From: Deinococcus radiodurans R1 = ATCC 13939 = DSM 20539
GTDB lineage: Bacteria; Deinococcota; Deinococci; Deinococcales; Deinococcaceae
DNA: 32,000 nucleotides
Reading direction: 5' to 3'
NCBI RefSeq assembly: GCF_000008565.1
Contig: NC_000958.1
Coordinates: 30,001-62,000, forward strand
In this document: positions 8,473 to 17,826 of the stretch, one piece after another
Layout of the letters: each line of letters begins with the position of its first letter
How positions within the stretch are numbered: position 1 is the first letter of the stretch
Notes under the pieces: model-generated
Told to the model about the DNA's origin: nothing
Seen by the model: only the letters and a program-made list of their open reading frames with translations
Databases searched by the model: none
Made by a program: the position numbers and the translations under genes

Positions 8473-9270
8473 TCAGTCGAGTTCACGGGCCCACGCCACC
8501 CCATTGATGTGCCCACCGCCATCGACGTAGAGCGTGTTGCCGGTCAGGTAGCGGCTGCCTTCCGAGGCCAGGAAAACGGCCACCGGGGCGATGTCGCGCT
8601 CGGGGTCTCCCAGACGGCCCATCGGGTTCATGGCGTCGGCCATCACTTCCAGTTCGGGATTGGCGGCGAACACGACGCGGGAAGCGGCGGTCTTCGCCCC
8701 AGGGAGCAGCGCGTTGGCCGTAATACCGTGTCGGGCCCATTCACGGGCAGCGGTGCGTGTCGCTGCCCGCAGGGCTTCTTTGGCGGTGTTGTATTCCAGG
8801 GTGCCGATGTGGGCATTGACGCCGTTCAGCGAGCACATGTTGATGATGTGGCCATACTGCCGGGGCGCCATCACTTCGAAGGCCGCCCGCATGCCCCACC
8901 AGTGCCCCAGAAAGCCCAGGTTGAGGCCGTGCTGTCAGTCCTGCTCGGTCTTGCGCTCTGCCCGGGCGAGGGTGCCGCCGCCCCAGGCATTGTTGACAAA
9001 GATATCGAGTGTACCGAAGTGCTGCGTCGCTTGCCGCACGGCCTTCTCCATGTCTTTCCGCTTGGAGGCGTCGGTCGGGACAAAGAGAGCTCGCTCGCCC
9101 AGCGCCCGCGCCGCCTGGGTGCCCAGCTCCTCGTTGAGCTCGGCAATGACGACCGAGGCCCCCTCTCTGACAAAGGCCTCCGCGACGGCGCGCCCAATCC
9201 CGTCACCGGCGCCGGTCACGAGAGCGACACGTCCCTGAAGCTGCCCCACCCCAGCCGCTGCATTGTCCAT
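8473..9270 (-). pseudogene. Short-chain dehydrogenase/reductase (SDR) interrupted by an in-frame TGA stop at 8935-8937
   Basis: The N-terminal part has TGAGDGIG (TGxxxGIG) and NNAWG. The C-terminal part has YNTAKEAL (catalytic YxxxK). Both ORFs are in the same frame. Read-through gives ..RKTEQD*QHGLNLGFLGHWWGMRAAF.., and the stop sits where SDRs usually have Trp (TGG). The likely start is ATG 9270 (MDNAAAGVGQLQGRVALVTGAG). Confidence 0.85.
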
Positions 9271-9588
9271 GCCCGCAGTATAATTGACGTTTTGACACCT
9301 GATCGAGCGGGCAAAAGGTATGGCCTGAAAAAGAACCCCCGGCTGGAGGGGTCGGGCAGCTCTAGGGAAACGCAGTGTGCAGCGGACATCGTGTTCCAGA
9401 CGACAAAAGGAGGCAACTGTCGGGGGAGCAGGCGAGGCAAAAGCCAGGAATCTGGCCGTCAAAGTTTTGTGACAACGTAGCCCCTAGAGTCCATGGGAAG
9501 TCTGCCCGAGCAGGTTTCGGGGGAACGGGGCGATTCGGGAGCCGTCCACGTCTCCTGTCGGCGCTCCAGGTCACCCAGAGGAGAGAAC

Positions 9589-11664
9589 ATGAAGGCAAAC
9601 ATGAAACTGCTGGCGCTGCTGTGCGCACTCGGCAGTGGCGCGGCGGGGGCGGCGAGCACGAACACGATGACGCTGGCCGGGACGGAAATCACCAACCAGG
9701 CGCAGGCCACCTTCACGGTCGGCGGCGCCACGCAGACCACCAACTCGGACGCCGTCAAGATCGTGGTCAATGCCGTGCCGAGCTACACCATCACCAACGA
9801 CGGCACCGAGGCGTCGCCGGCGTACACCAGCACCGTCAACGTCAACTCGAACGCCACCTACAGCTACTCGGTCAAGAACACCGGCAACACGCCGATTCAA
9901 GTGGCGGTCGGCGCCACCGTGGGCACGGGCAGCAGCGCCATTACGCAGGTGAACTACTCAGGTGCGGCCACCGGCACCGTTCCGACCACCGGCGCGGCCA
10001 CCATCCAGACAATCACCATCAACCCTGATCAGACCGTGACGCTAACCCAGACCTTCGTCACGCCTGCGGCGCCCGGCACCTATTATGTCAACCCGACTGG
10101 CGTCTCCATGCAGTACGCCAGCGTCGCGGCCAATCCGGACGGCTCGGCGCTGACCACGGCGACCCTCGACCAGACCAGCAATAGGACCGACGTGAACAAC
10201 GTCAACAAGACGACGGTCCTGACCAATGTTCCCCTGCTCGGCAGCCCCACCCTGACCAACACGGTGGTGCCCAGCTCGCCCAACCCCCTGCCGCCGACCG
10301 GCACCACCACGCCCGGCACCGGCACGGGCCCGGTGGGCTCCGGCAACGGCCCCGCCGAGTCCACCGGCCCCGCCTACACGGGTATCGGCAGCACCAGCGG
10401 CACGCAGCCCCCGGTGGTCGTGGACGCCAGTGGCAACCAGTACGCCTACCCCAAGGCGGACGCCGAGACCGTCAACCCCGACAGCGTCACCATGACGACC
10501 ATCATCACCAACCCCAACCCCACGGCGGCGACCTATGAACTGGTGCCGGACCTGAGCGGGCTGCCCGCCGGGGTCACGGTGACCTTTACCGACGCGAACG
10601 GCAACCCGCTGCCCGACACCGACGGCAACGGGCGACCGGAAGTGACGGCGGGGCCCAACGGCGGCACCGCCACCTACAGGGTCGTGGTGACTTACCCCGA
10701 CACCGAGAGCGCCGCCGCCGTGGCCGGGCCCATCAGGATACCGGTGGGCGTAGACGGCAACCGCGACGGAATCGTGGACGCGACCGTGACCTACAACGTG
10801 CTGCTGTCCAACCTGAAGTTCGGCAACACCAACGGCACGGCGCTGGGCGTTTCCGACGTGCCGGTGACCCGCACCGTCACGCAGCCTTCGGTGACCACCG
10901 CCGTCGTGTTCCCGATGGACCTTTTCAACGACGGCGCCTACGACGGCAACTACGCGCTCTCGGGCAGCACTCCGATCGGCCCGGTGAAGTACTACGCCAC
11001 CAACCCCGACACCGACGGTGACGGCGTCCTGTCCCCCGCCGAACTCGCGGCGCTGCCCGCCGAGATCGCCAGCACCGGCGCCGTGCCGGTCAAGACCGAG
11101 AAGACCGTGTACGCGGTGGTCACGATTCCTGCCGGTCAGGCCCCCGGTGATTACATGGTCACGCAGACCGCCACCGGCTCGCTCAGCGGCACCACCAAGT
11201 CCTTTAACACCGACAAGGTCACGGTTACTTCGCCGAACGGTTCGCTGCTCATTGCCAAGCGGGTCACGACGCCGGGCACCACTACGCCCAGCCTGAACGC
11301 GACTGCCAATCCGGGCGACGCGGTGTCGTACACCGTGACGGCCACCAACAACTACAACACCAGCCTCTACGGTCTGGTGCTGCGCGACCCCAGCAGCAAC
11401 AACCTGGGCAGCTTCAGCAGCAGCAACGTCTTTGGCTTCATCAAGCCGAGCAGCCTGAGGGCAACGGTCAGCGGCGTCAGTGGCGCCACGGTGCTGTACC
11501 GCACGAGCAACCTGAACACCTGGGCCGCTCAGCCCACCGTGGACGCCAACACCACCTGGGTCGAGGTGGGCGTGGACACCAACAACAACAGCCAGATCGA
11601 CAGCGGCGACGTATTCCCGCCGAACGCCGTAATCACGCTGACCCTCCAGGGAACCGTCAAGTAA
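9589..11664 (+). CDS. Secreted Thr/Asn/Val-rich repeat protein (Ig-like / DUF11-type) with Ca-binding loops; first gene of the envelope operon
   Basis: SD-like AGAGGAGAG at 9577-9585, then ATG 9589. Signal peptide MKANMKLLALLCALGSGAAGAAS; the mature protein (after this signal peptide) has no Cys. Low-complexity linker PLPPTGTTTPGTGTGPVGSG. EF-hand/dockerin-like loop DTDGDGVLSPAE. C-terminal DUF11-like unit LLIAKRVTT..ANPGDAVSYTVTATNN..LVLRDP. Confidence 0.8.
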   Translation: MKANMKLLALLCALGSGAAGAASTNTMTLAGTEITNQAQATFTVGGATQTTNSDAVKIVVNAVPSYTITNDGTEASPAYTSTVNVNSNATYSYSVKNTGNTPIQVAVGATVGTGSSAITQVNYSGAATGTVPTTGAATIQTITINPDQTVTLTQTFVTPAAPGTYYVNPTGVSMQYASVAANPDGSALTTATLDQTSNRTDVNNVNKTTVLTNVPLLGSPTLTNTVVPSSPNPLPPTGTTTPGTGTGPVGSGNGPAESTGPAYTGIGSTSGTQPPVVVDASGNQYAYPKADAETVNPDSVTMTTIITNPNPTAATYELVPDLSGLPAGVTVTFTDANGNPLPDTDGNGRPEVTAGPNGGTATYRVVVTYPDTESAAAVAGPIRIPVGVDGNRDGIVDATVTYNVLLSNLKFGNTNGTALGVSDVPVTRTVTQPSVTTAVVFPMDLFNDGAYDGNYALSGSTPIGPVKYYATNPDTDGDGVLSPAELAALPAEIASTGAVPVKTEKTVYAVVTIPAGQAPGDYMVTQTATGSLSGTTKSFNTDKVTVTSPNGSLLIAKRVTTPGTTTPSLNATANPGDAVSYTVTATNNYNTSLYGLVLRDPSSNNLGSFSSSNVFGFIKPSSLRATVSGVSGATVLYRTSNLNTWAAQPTVDANTTWVEVGVDTNNNSQIDSGDVFPPNAVITLTLQGTVK

Positions 11665-11674
11665 CCGGGAGCAG

Positions 11675-11704
11675 GGGAGAGGGGCCAAGTGCGGCGCCTC
11701 TCCC
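11675..11704 (+). terminator. GC-rich hairpin 11 nt after the stop of the first operon gene (attenuator or terminator candidate; no U-tract)
   Basis: GGGAGAGGGGCC / GGCGCCTCTCCC arms: 11 of 12 positions pair, with a 6-nt loop. Confidence 0.4.
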
Positions 11705-11743
11705 TGTCCCTAAGCACTCAGCGCCCGAACATCCAACACGAGA

Positions 11744-11801
11744 CTCTTTTTTGATTTCTGCCTTTTTGGCTGTCTCTTTTTCTCTTTTTTCGTTTTTCCC
11801 C
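11744..11801 (+). other. 58-nt polypyrimidine (T-run) tract immediately upstream of the SD sequence of the second operon gene
   Basis: 51 of 58 nt are C or T. It contains five T5-T6 runs and the motif CTCTTTTT three times. It is followed by GAAGGAG (11802-11808) and ATG 11817. Confidence 0.4.
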
Positions 11802-11816
11802 GAAGGAGAATGCCCG

Positions 11817-14539
11817 ATGAAGTCCATGCTCAGACTCTGCCTGCCCCTGTGCTGCGCCGCTGCCTGCCTTGCCGGAGCCGCGCCGGCGGGCACCGTGATT
11901 CAGAACCAGGCCAGCGCCCAGTTCAGCCTGCCGGGAGGCGGCGCCGGGCTGGTGAACTCCGAGCCGGCGCAGCTGCTGGTCAATGCGGTCTGCCGCGTGC
12001 AGGTGACGCCGGACGGCACCCCCCAGGCGCCGGGGCAGCGGCTCACGGTGCGGGCGGGCGAGCCGGCCACCTTGCGCTATGAGCTGAGCAACGCGGCAAC
12101 GGTCCCGCCACCTTCACCCTGAGCGCGCAGGCGCTGGACGGCGCTTTTACCCCGAATCTCACGACCTTTGTGGACGCGAACGGCGACGGGCAGCCGCAGC
12201 CGGGTGAACAGGCCGAGCAGCTCACCCTCGGCGCGGGGGCGAGTGCAGCAGTATTGCTGGTGGCCGTCGTGCCCGCCGGGGCAAGCGGCGCGGCGCTGGT
12301 CAACCTGACGGCCCAGTGTCCGGGGGGGGCTCAGGACGACAACAACGTCGCTCAGCTCGTGGCCACGCCCCCACCGCACCTCGAACTTCGCAAGGCCTTC
12401 GGCGCCGAGCGGCTGCGGCCCGGTGACCAGACCGGCGTGACGGTCACGGCCACCAACACGGGGGCCGGCGCGGCGCCGGATGTGGTGCTCGAAGATCCGC
12501 TGGGCCAGCAACTGGACGCGGGGCTCGCCTACGTGCCCGGCAGCGCCCGAACCGACCGGGGTCGGCTGGAATACAGCGCGGACGGCGCGTCGTGGCAGGC
12601 CGCCGAGCCCGCCGCCGTGCGGGGCGTGCGCGTGCAGGCCGGCACCCTGGAGCCCGGCGAGCAGACCACCCTCACCTTCCGTATGGAGGCCCGACCCAGC
12701 GCCGAAAACCTCCTGCTGAACAATGTCGCCACCGTCAGCAGCGTGACCGGAGAAGGAGCGCAGGCCAGCGACACGCTCGACGTGCGCTTCCTGCCGGGGG
12801 TGGCCCTCGGGCCGCTGGGGCAGCCGCTGGCGCCGGAAGGCACCGCCGCTGACGGGCAGACTCTTGTCTTTGCCGTCACGGGCGAGCCCGCCTGCTTCGA
12901 CCACACCGTGCAAAACACCGGGGACGTGACCGACATGTTCCGCCTGAGTGTGAGCGTCACGCAGGGGCAGGCCACGCCTCAGCTGCTGGGCGCGGCGGGC
13001 GAACCGTTGCCGCAGCCCTTCACGCTGGCCCCCGGCGAGCAGCGGCAGGTGCGGGTCTGCTACGACCTGCGGAGCGCGCAACCGCTCACCGCGCAGGTCA
13101 TTGCGCAGGGCGAGCGCGGCACCAGCAACGCCACCGCCGACCTGATTCGCCGGGTCGAGACGCAGCGACCTGGGCTGCGCAAAACCGTGAGCAAGGTGGG
13201 CGCGCCGGACTGGGCACCGGGAAGCGCCGTGACCAGCGGCGATGAGCTGGAATACACCCTGAGCGTGACCAACCCCTACGCGCAGCCGCTCGCGGGCGTG
13301 CAGGTGCTCGACCCACTGCCCGCCGGAACCGAGTTTGTCAGCGCTTCGGACGGCGGCGCACTGCTTGGTGCGGCGAGCGCAGCGCAGGTCGCGTGGACCC
13401 TGGGCGACCTACCTGCCGGGGCGACCCGGACCCTCACGCTGCGGGTGCGGGTGGGCCGCGACGTGCGTGACGACCAGGAACTGCGCAACGTGTTCGAGCT
13501 GACCAGCAGTGAACTGCCGGCGCCCCTGCACAGCAACGCCGCGAGCGCGGTCGTCTGGAACACGGCGCCGCTGCTCAGCAAGACCCTCGACCGCCGCGAC
13601 GCCGCGCCCGGCGACCTGCTGACCTACACCCTGACTCTGAAAAACCCGTCGGCGAGCACCGCCCTGGTGGACTTGGTGATCACCGACACGCCCGCCGCGG
13701 CGCTGAAGTACGTGACCGGCACCAGCCGCCTGGCAGGTGTGCCCACCGCCGACCCCGCCGAGAACGGCGGCGAGCTTCAGTGGCGCGTGCCGCGGCTGGG
13801 CGCCGGCGAGAGCCTCACCCTGAGCTACGGCCTGCGGGTGCTGCCCGGCGCGGCGGGTGAGCTGCTCAACACTGCGGTCCTGCGCGGCTACGGCGAGCAG
13901 ACGCACGCCGTGGCGGTGGCGAGCAACCGGGCGCAGGTGAGCGCCACCCTCAAGCTGCTGAACTTTGCGCCGCTCGGCGACGTGCTGGGCACGGTGTACC
14001 TCGACGCCAACGGCAACCGGCGACTCGACGAAGGCGAAACGGTCCTCAGCGGCGCCCGGGTGGCGCTGGCGGGCGGGCGGCTGGCCCTGACCGACAGCCG
14101 GGGGCGCTACCACTTCGGCAACGTGGACCTCGGCACGCAGGCGCTGCGGCTCGACCTGGGCAGCGTGCCGGCGGTGCGCGACCCCGGCACCCAGGTGGTG
14201 CAGGTCCAGGGCCTGACCACGGTGGATTTCCCGCTGCGCGCGCTGGCCGCACTCCAGGTGAAACGTGACTTGAGGGTGCAGGTGGGCGAGTTGACCCTCA
14301 CCAAGCGCCTGACTGAGATTCCCGGCGGCTACCGCGTGACCACCACGCTTCAGAGCCCGGTCGCGCTCGCCGAGGTCGCCTGGACCGACCCGCTGCCCGC
14401 CGGAGCTGCCCTCGTGAGTGGGCAAAACGTGCGCCGCGAGCGCTTGAGTGCCGGCAGCACGACTTGGACCTACGACCTGCGCTGGAGCGGGCCCCCCTCG
14501 GCGGCGCTCACCGATCCCGTTCTCAAGGTGGTGAAGTAA
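11817..14539 (+). pseudogene. Large secreted DUF11-repeat / SdrD-B-like surface protein split by a 1-nt frame break near 12095
   Basis: Signal peptide MKSMLRLCLPLCCAAACLAGAAPA, with an N-terminal module paralogous to the upstream protein. Frame 0 ends at TGA 12120-12122. The next frame is open from 12083 and reads GNGPATFTLSAQALDGAFTPNLTTFVDANGDGQ.. into ORF 12170-14539. Several DUF11-type units are present (RPGDQTGVTVTATNTG.., SGDELEYTLSVTNP.., APGDLLTYTLTLKNP..), plus GTVYLDANGNRRLDEGE..TDSRGRYHFGNV. Confidence 0.75.
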
Positions 14540-17500
14540 ATGGCCTTCCGGACTCCTCTCTTTTCGCTGGTCACGCTGAGTGCGCTGCTGAGCATGGCCC
14601 CCGCCAGGGCCGCCGCGCCCGCCCTCACCCCTCCTACCCAGGGCGCCGAGCAGGCCCTCTCGGTCAGTACCCTGCGGCTGAGCTTCGACCTGAGCGCCGC
14701 CCGCGAGGAAGGCCAGGAACTCGGCGGCGCGGCGCTGTGGCAGGGCGGAGACCTGCTGGTCGCGCAGCCGGTGCCCGCCGGGGCGAAGGTGGTGCCGGGC
14801 AGCAGCCGGCTGGGGGACCGTCCCCTCCCCGACCCGACCCGCAGCGCCCGCGGCGTGCTGTACTGGACCGTGCCGCTGCGCGACCTGCCCGCAGGCGCCA
14901 GTGAACTCAGTTATCAGGTCACGCACACTCAGGCGGCTCGCCGCGCTGCCCGACGCGGCGCTGAGCCTGCGTGGTGACAGCGGCACGTTGCGGCTGGTGG
15001 GCAACCTCGACCCCGGCGACTACGGCCTGGCGAGCGCCCTGCCGGTGGACGGCGCCGAGAACCCCGGCAGCGTCAAACTGCCGCTCGACGGCAGCCAGTT
15101 GCGTCAGACCAATCAGTTCACGCTGGTGGTCGAAACGGACCCCGCCAGCACCGAGCTGCCCCGCGTCAACGGCGTGCCGGTGTCTGCCGCGCAACTCGGC
15201 CATGTGCGCCCCAGCGCGGACGGCCAGCGGGAGCGCCGCAGCTACTACGCCCTGCCGGTGCATCCGGGCAAGAACCTCATCGAGTTCGGCCGCGAGCAGG
15301 TCACGCTGAACTACGCCGGGCCGACCGTGCGCTACGAGGTCACGCCCCTGAGTGCCCAGGCCGACGGCAGCACGCCAGTGCGGGTGCGGATCCGGGCGCT
15401 CGACGCTGCCGGCCTGCCTGCCGAGCAGCCGACCGTGACGCTGCGCACCTCTGCCGAGCCGCTGCGCCCCGACGCCCGCCCGGGCGAGGTGGGCTATCAG
15501 CTCGAACTTCATAACGGTGAGGGCGTGCTGGAACTGCGTCCCCAGATCACGCCCACGGCCCTGCGTCTGGAACTGCTGCGCGACCAGCAGGTCAGCGAGT
15601 TTCGGGTAGACGTGCGGCCCGGCGGCGCGGCCCTGGGGGTGGGGCTGGTCAGCGCGGCGGTGGGGCTGGGGGGAACCCTGCCGCTGGCGCAACGCCTGCA
15701 CGTTCAGGCGCGGGCCTACTACGAGGGACCGCTGGCCGGCGGGCAACTGTACGTCGCGGCGGACAGCGCGGGGCTGCCCCGCGAAGACAGCGGCAAGGCC
15801 AGGGGCCTGACCTACGGCGACAGCAGCAGCGAGGCGGTGCCCCTGCGCGGCAGTGACCCGGTGGCCGCCCTCTACGAGCATCCCGCTTTCCGGGTGGCCT
15901 ACCGTGACCAGGAGGTGCCGGTCAACGTGGTGCCGCTGCCTGGCCGGATGACGGCCCTGAGTGCGAGCACCAAGGGCAACGTGCGGGTCTCGGGCTTCGC
16001 GGCGCTGCTGCCCGGCGACCTGGTGCAGGCGCAGGTGCTGCGGCCTGACGGCACCCGGCTGCTGCGGCTCGGTCAGGAAGACATTGCCCCGGCGTCCGAG
16101 ACGCTGACGGTGGTCACCCGCGACGCCCAGACCGGCACCGAACTGGGCCGCCGGGTGCTCACGCGCGGCGTGGAGTATGTGCTCGACGAGCGCACCGGCA
16201 TCGTCTCGCTCGCCCAGCCGCTCGACGCTACCGACGCCGAACTGCACCGCGTGGAGGTTCTCGCGTCCTACCGCTTGTCGGCGCCGCTGCCGGGCGCCAG
16301 GCCGCTACGGCGCGCAGGTCGAGGTGGCGACGCCCAGCGCCGGTTCGGGGTCGCCGCCGTGTCCCTGGATGGACGGGGTACCATCGGCGCGGCGGGCGAA
16401 CTGCGGCGCGGGGGGCTGCAAGTCAGCGGACGGGCGCTGCTCTCCGGCGGCGTGCAGGCCGAGGCCGCGCTGGACGGCCACTGGCGCAGCAGCGACGCGC
16501 TCAGCGTCCGTGCCCACTATCAAGACGAGGCCTACCAGGGGCTCGGCAAGGGTGAAGCGGGCCTGCGCGCCAGTGGCCGCTATCAGGTCATGCTGGGCGA
16601 GCGCCTGGGGGCCGCCCTCGACGCCACCTACCAGCGCGCGCCGAGCAAACAGGGAAGTGACGAGCAAGACGGCGGCGGGCAGGGAGAGGTGGGCGCCCTG
16701 CTCACCTACCGCGCGCAGCCCTGGACGGTGGGCGGCGGCCTGCGCTGGGGCTTCGGGAGCCGCAGTGGCCTGAGCGCCGCCGGGCAACTGGGTTACGAGG
16801 GCAAGCAGGTCAGCCTCAGCGTGACCCACAGCCAGCCGCTCAGCGGCACGGTGCGCCCGACCAGCGACTTCAAGGTGGCTTACCGCCTCACCCCTCACGC
16901 GGCGCTGGCCCTGACCGACCACTATGTCTGGGGCGACGCCCACAGCGCCGCGCTGACGCTCGACACCCGGCTGGGCAACGTGAACTACGCGGTGGCCTAC
17001 GAACTGCCCGGCGCGGGCGGCGCTGGCAACCGTGCCCGCTTTGGCGTGAGCACCTCTGTGCCGCTCGGTGCGCGCACCACGCTGGGCCTGCGCGGCAGTG
17101 CCCTCTACGACCTGCAAAGTGGGGGAAGCGAACTCGGAGCGGGCGCGGACCTGCGCTGGCAGGGCGAGCGCGCCGTGGCCACCCTGGGAGGCGACCTGGC
17201 CTGGCGCAGCGGCCAACTTCAGGCGGTGGTGCGCGGCGGTGTCAGCGGCGACTTGAGCGAACGGCTGAATGTGAGCGCCGACGCCACGGCGGAACTCGGG
17301 GCGCGTCAGGGCCTGAAATTCGGGGTGGGCTATGCCTACCGCAGCGCGGGCTTTTCCAGCCTGGGCTATGGCCGCTATGCGGGTGGCAGTCTGGGCGGTT
17401 CGCGGCCCGAGGCCAGCGCCGGCGTGAGCGCCGAGTACCGCCAGGGCGCCCTCACCGTCCGCGGCGGCGTGGACGCCCGCGCGCTGCTCAGCGACCCCGG

Positions 17501-17798
17501 CAGCCTGACCTACCAGCCCTCGCTGGGCCTGCGCGCCGAACTCAATGCCCGCTTCAGCGTGGGCGGCTGGGCGCGGGCGCTCGTTCAGCCCGCCAGCAGC
17601 CAGGTTTTGCCCGGCTACGGCCTGGAAGCGGGCGTACAGGTCCTGCCCGGCACCTGGCTGAGTGCCGGTTACAATCTGGCGGGCTTCGAGGGCCTGCCGA
17701 GCGCTGGCCTCTACACCCGCCCGGGCGCTTACCTGCGTCTCGACGTGGCGCTGGACGAGGGCGCTGGCAAGAAGACCGGCAAGGCGCACCGCCGCTGA
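14540..17798 (+). pseudogene. Signal peptide + half DUF11 repeat + Ig-like segment + large C-terminal beta-barrel; the reading frame appears broken near 14935
   Basis: ATG 14540 directly follows TAA 14537-14539, and the signal peptide is MAFRTPLFSLVTLSALLSMAPARAAAP. ORF 14540-14977 and ORF 14901-17798 overlap by 77 nt in different frames. Third-position G+C (GC3) switches frame near 14935. The large ORF has no signal peptide of its own. From about 16300 to 17760 the protein consists of short strands of alternating hydrophobicity rich in Gly, Tyr and Arg. Confidence 0.65.
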
Positions 17799-17826
17799 GG
17801 CCGCCGCCCAGCGCGGCGCCAGAGCT

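Noticed and set aside
7220-8937. In-frame TAG and TGA as pyrrolysine or selenocysteine recoding, or an altered genetic code
   Set aside because: The stops align with ordinary Gln and Trp positions of TPR and SDR folds. TGA and TAG terminate other intact genes in the window. I saw no pyl or sel machinery or SECIS-like context.
9493-9588. Upstream extensions offered by the ORF track (9493 for gene 1, 11751 for gene 2, 27990 for the orphan, 19725 for the SgrR-like gene, 19576 for the MFS gene, 3205 for parA)
   Set aside because: For gene 1, gene 2 and the orphan, an internal ATG preceded by a GGAG-type SD starts a proper signal peptide. For the SgrR-like, MFS and parA genes, an internal ATG begins the conserved domain, but I saw no SD for parA and did not check the other two. 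The extensions encode Arg/Pro-rich junk and would overlap neighbouring or divergent genes.
12090-14940. Programmed ribosomal frameshifting at the two operon frame breaks
   Set aside because: Neither site has a slippery X XXY YYZ heptamer or an obvious downstream stimulatory structure. Both sit in plain GCGG runs, which fits simple indels better.
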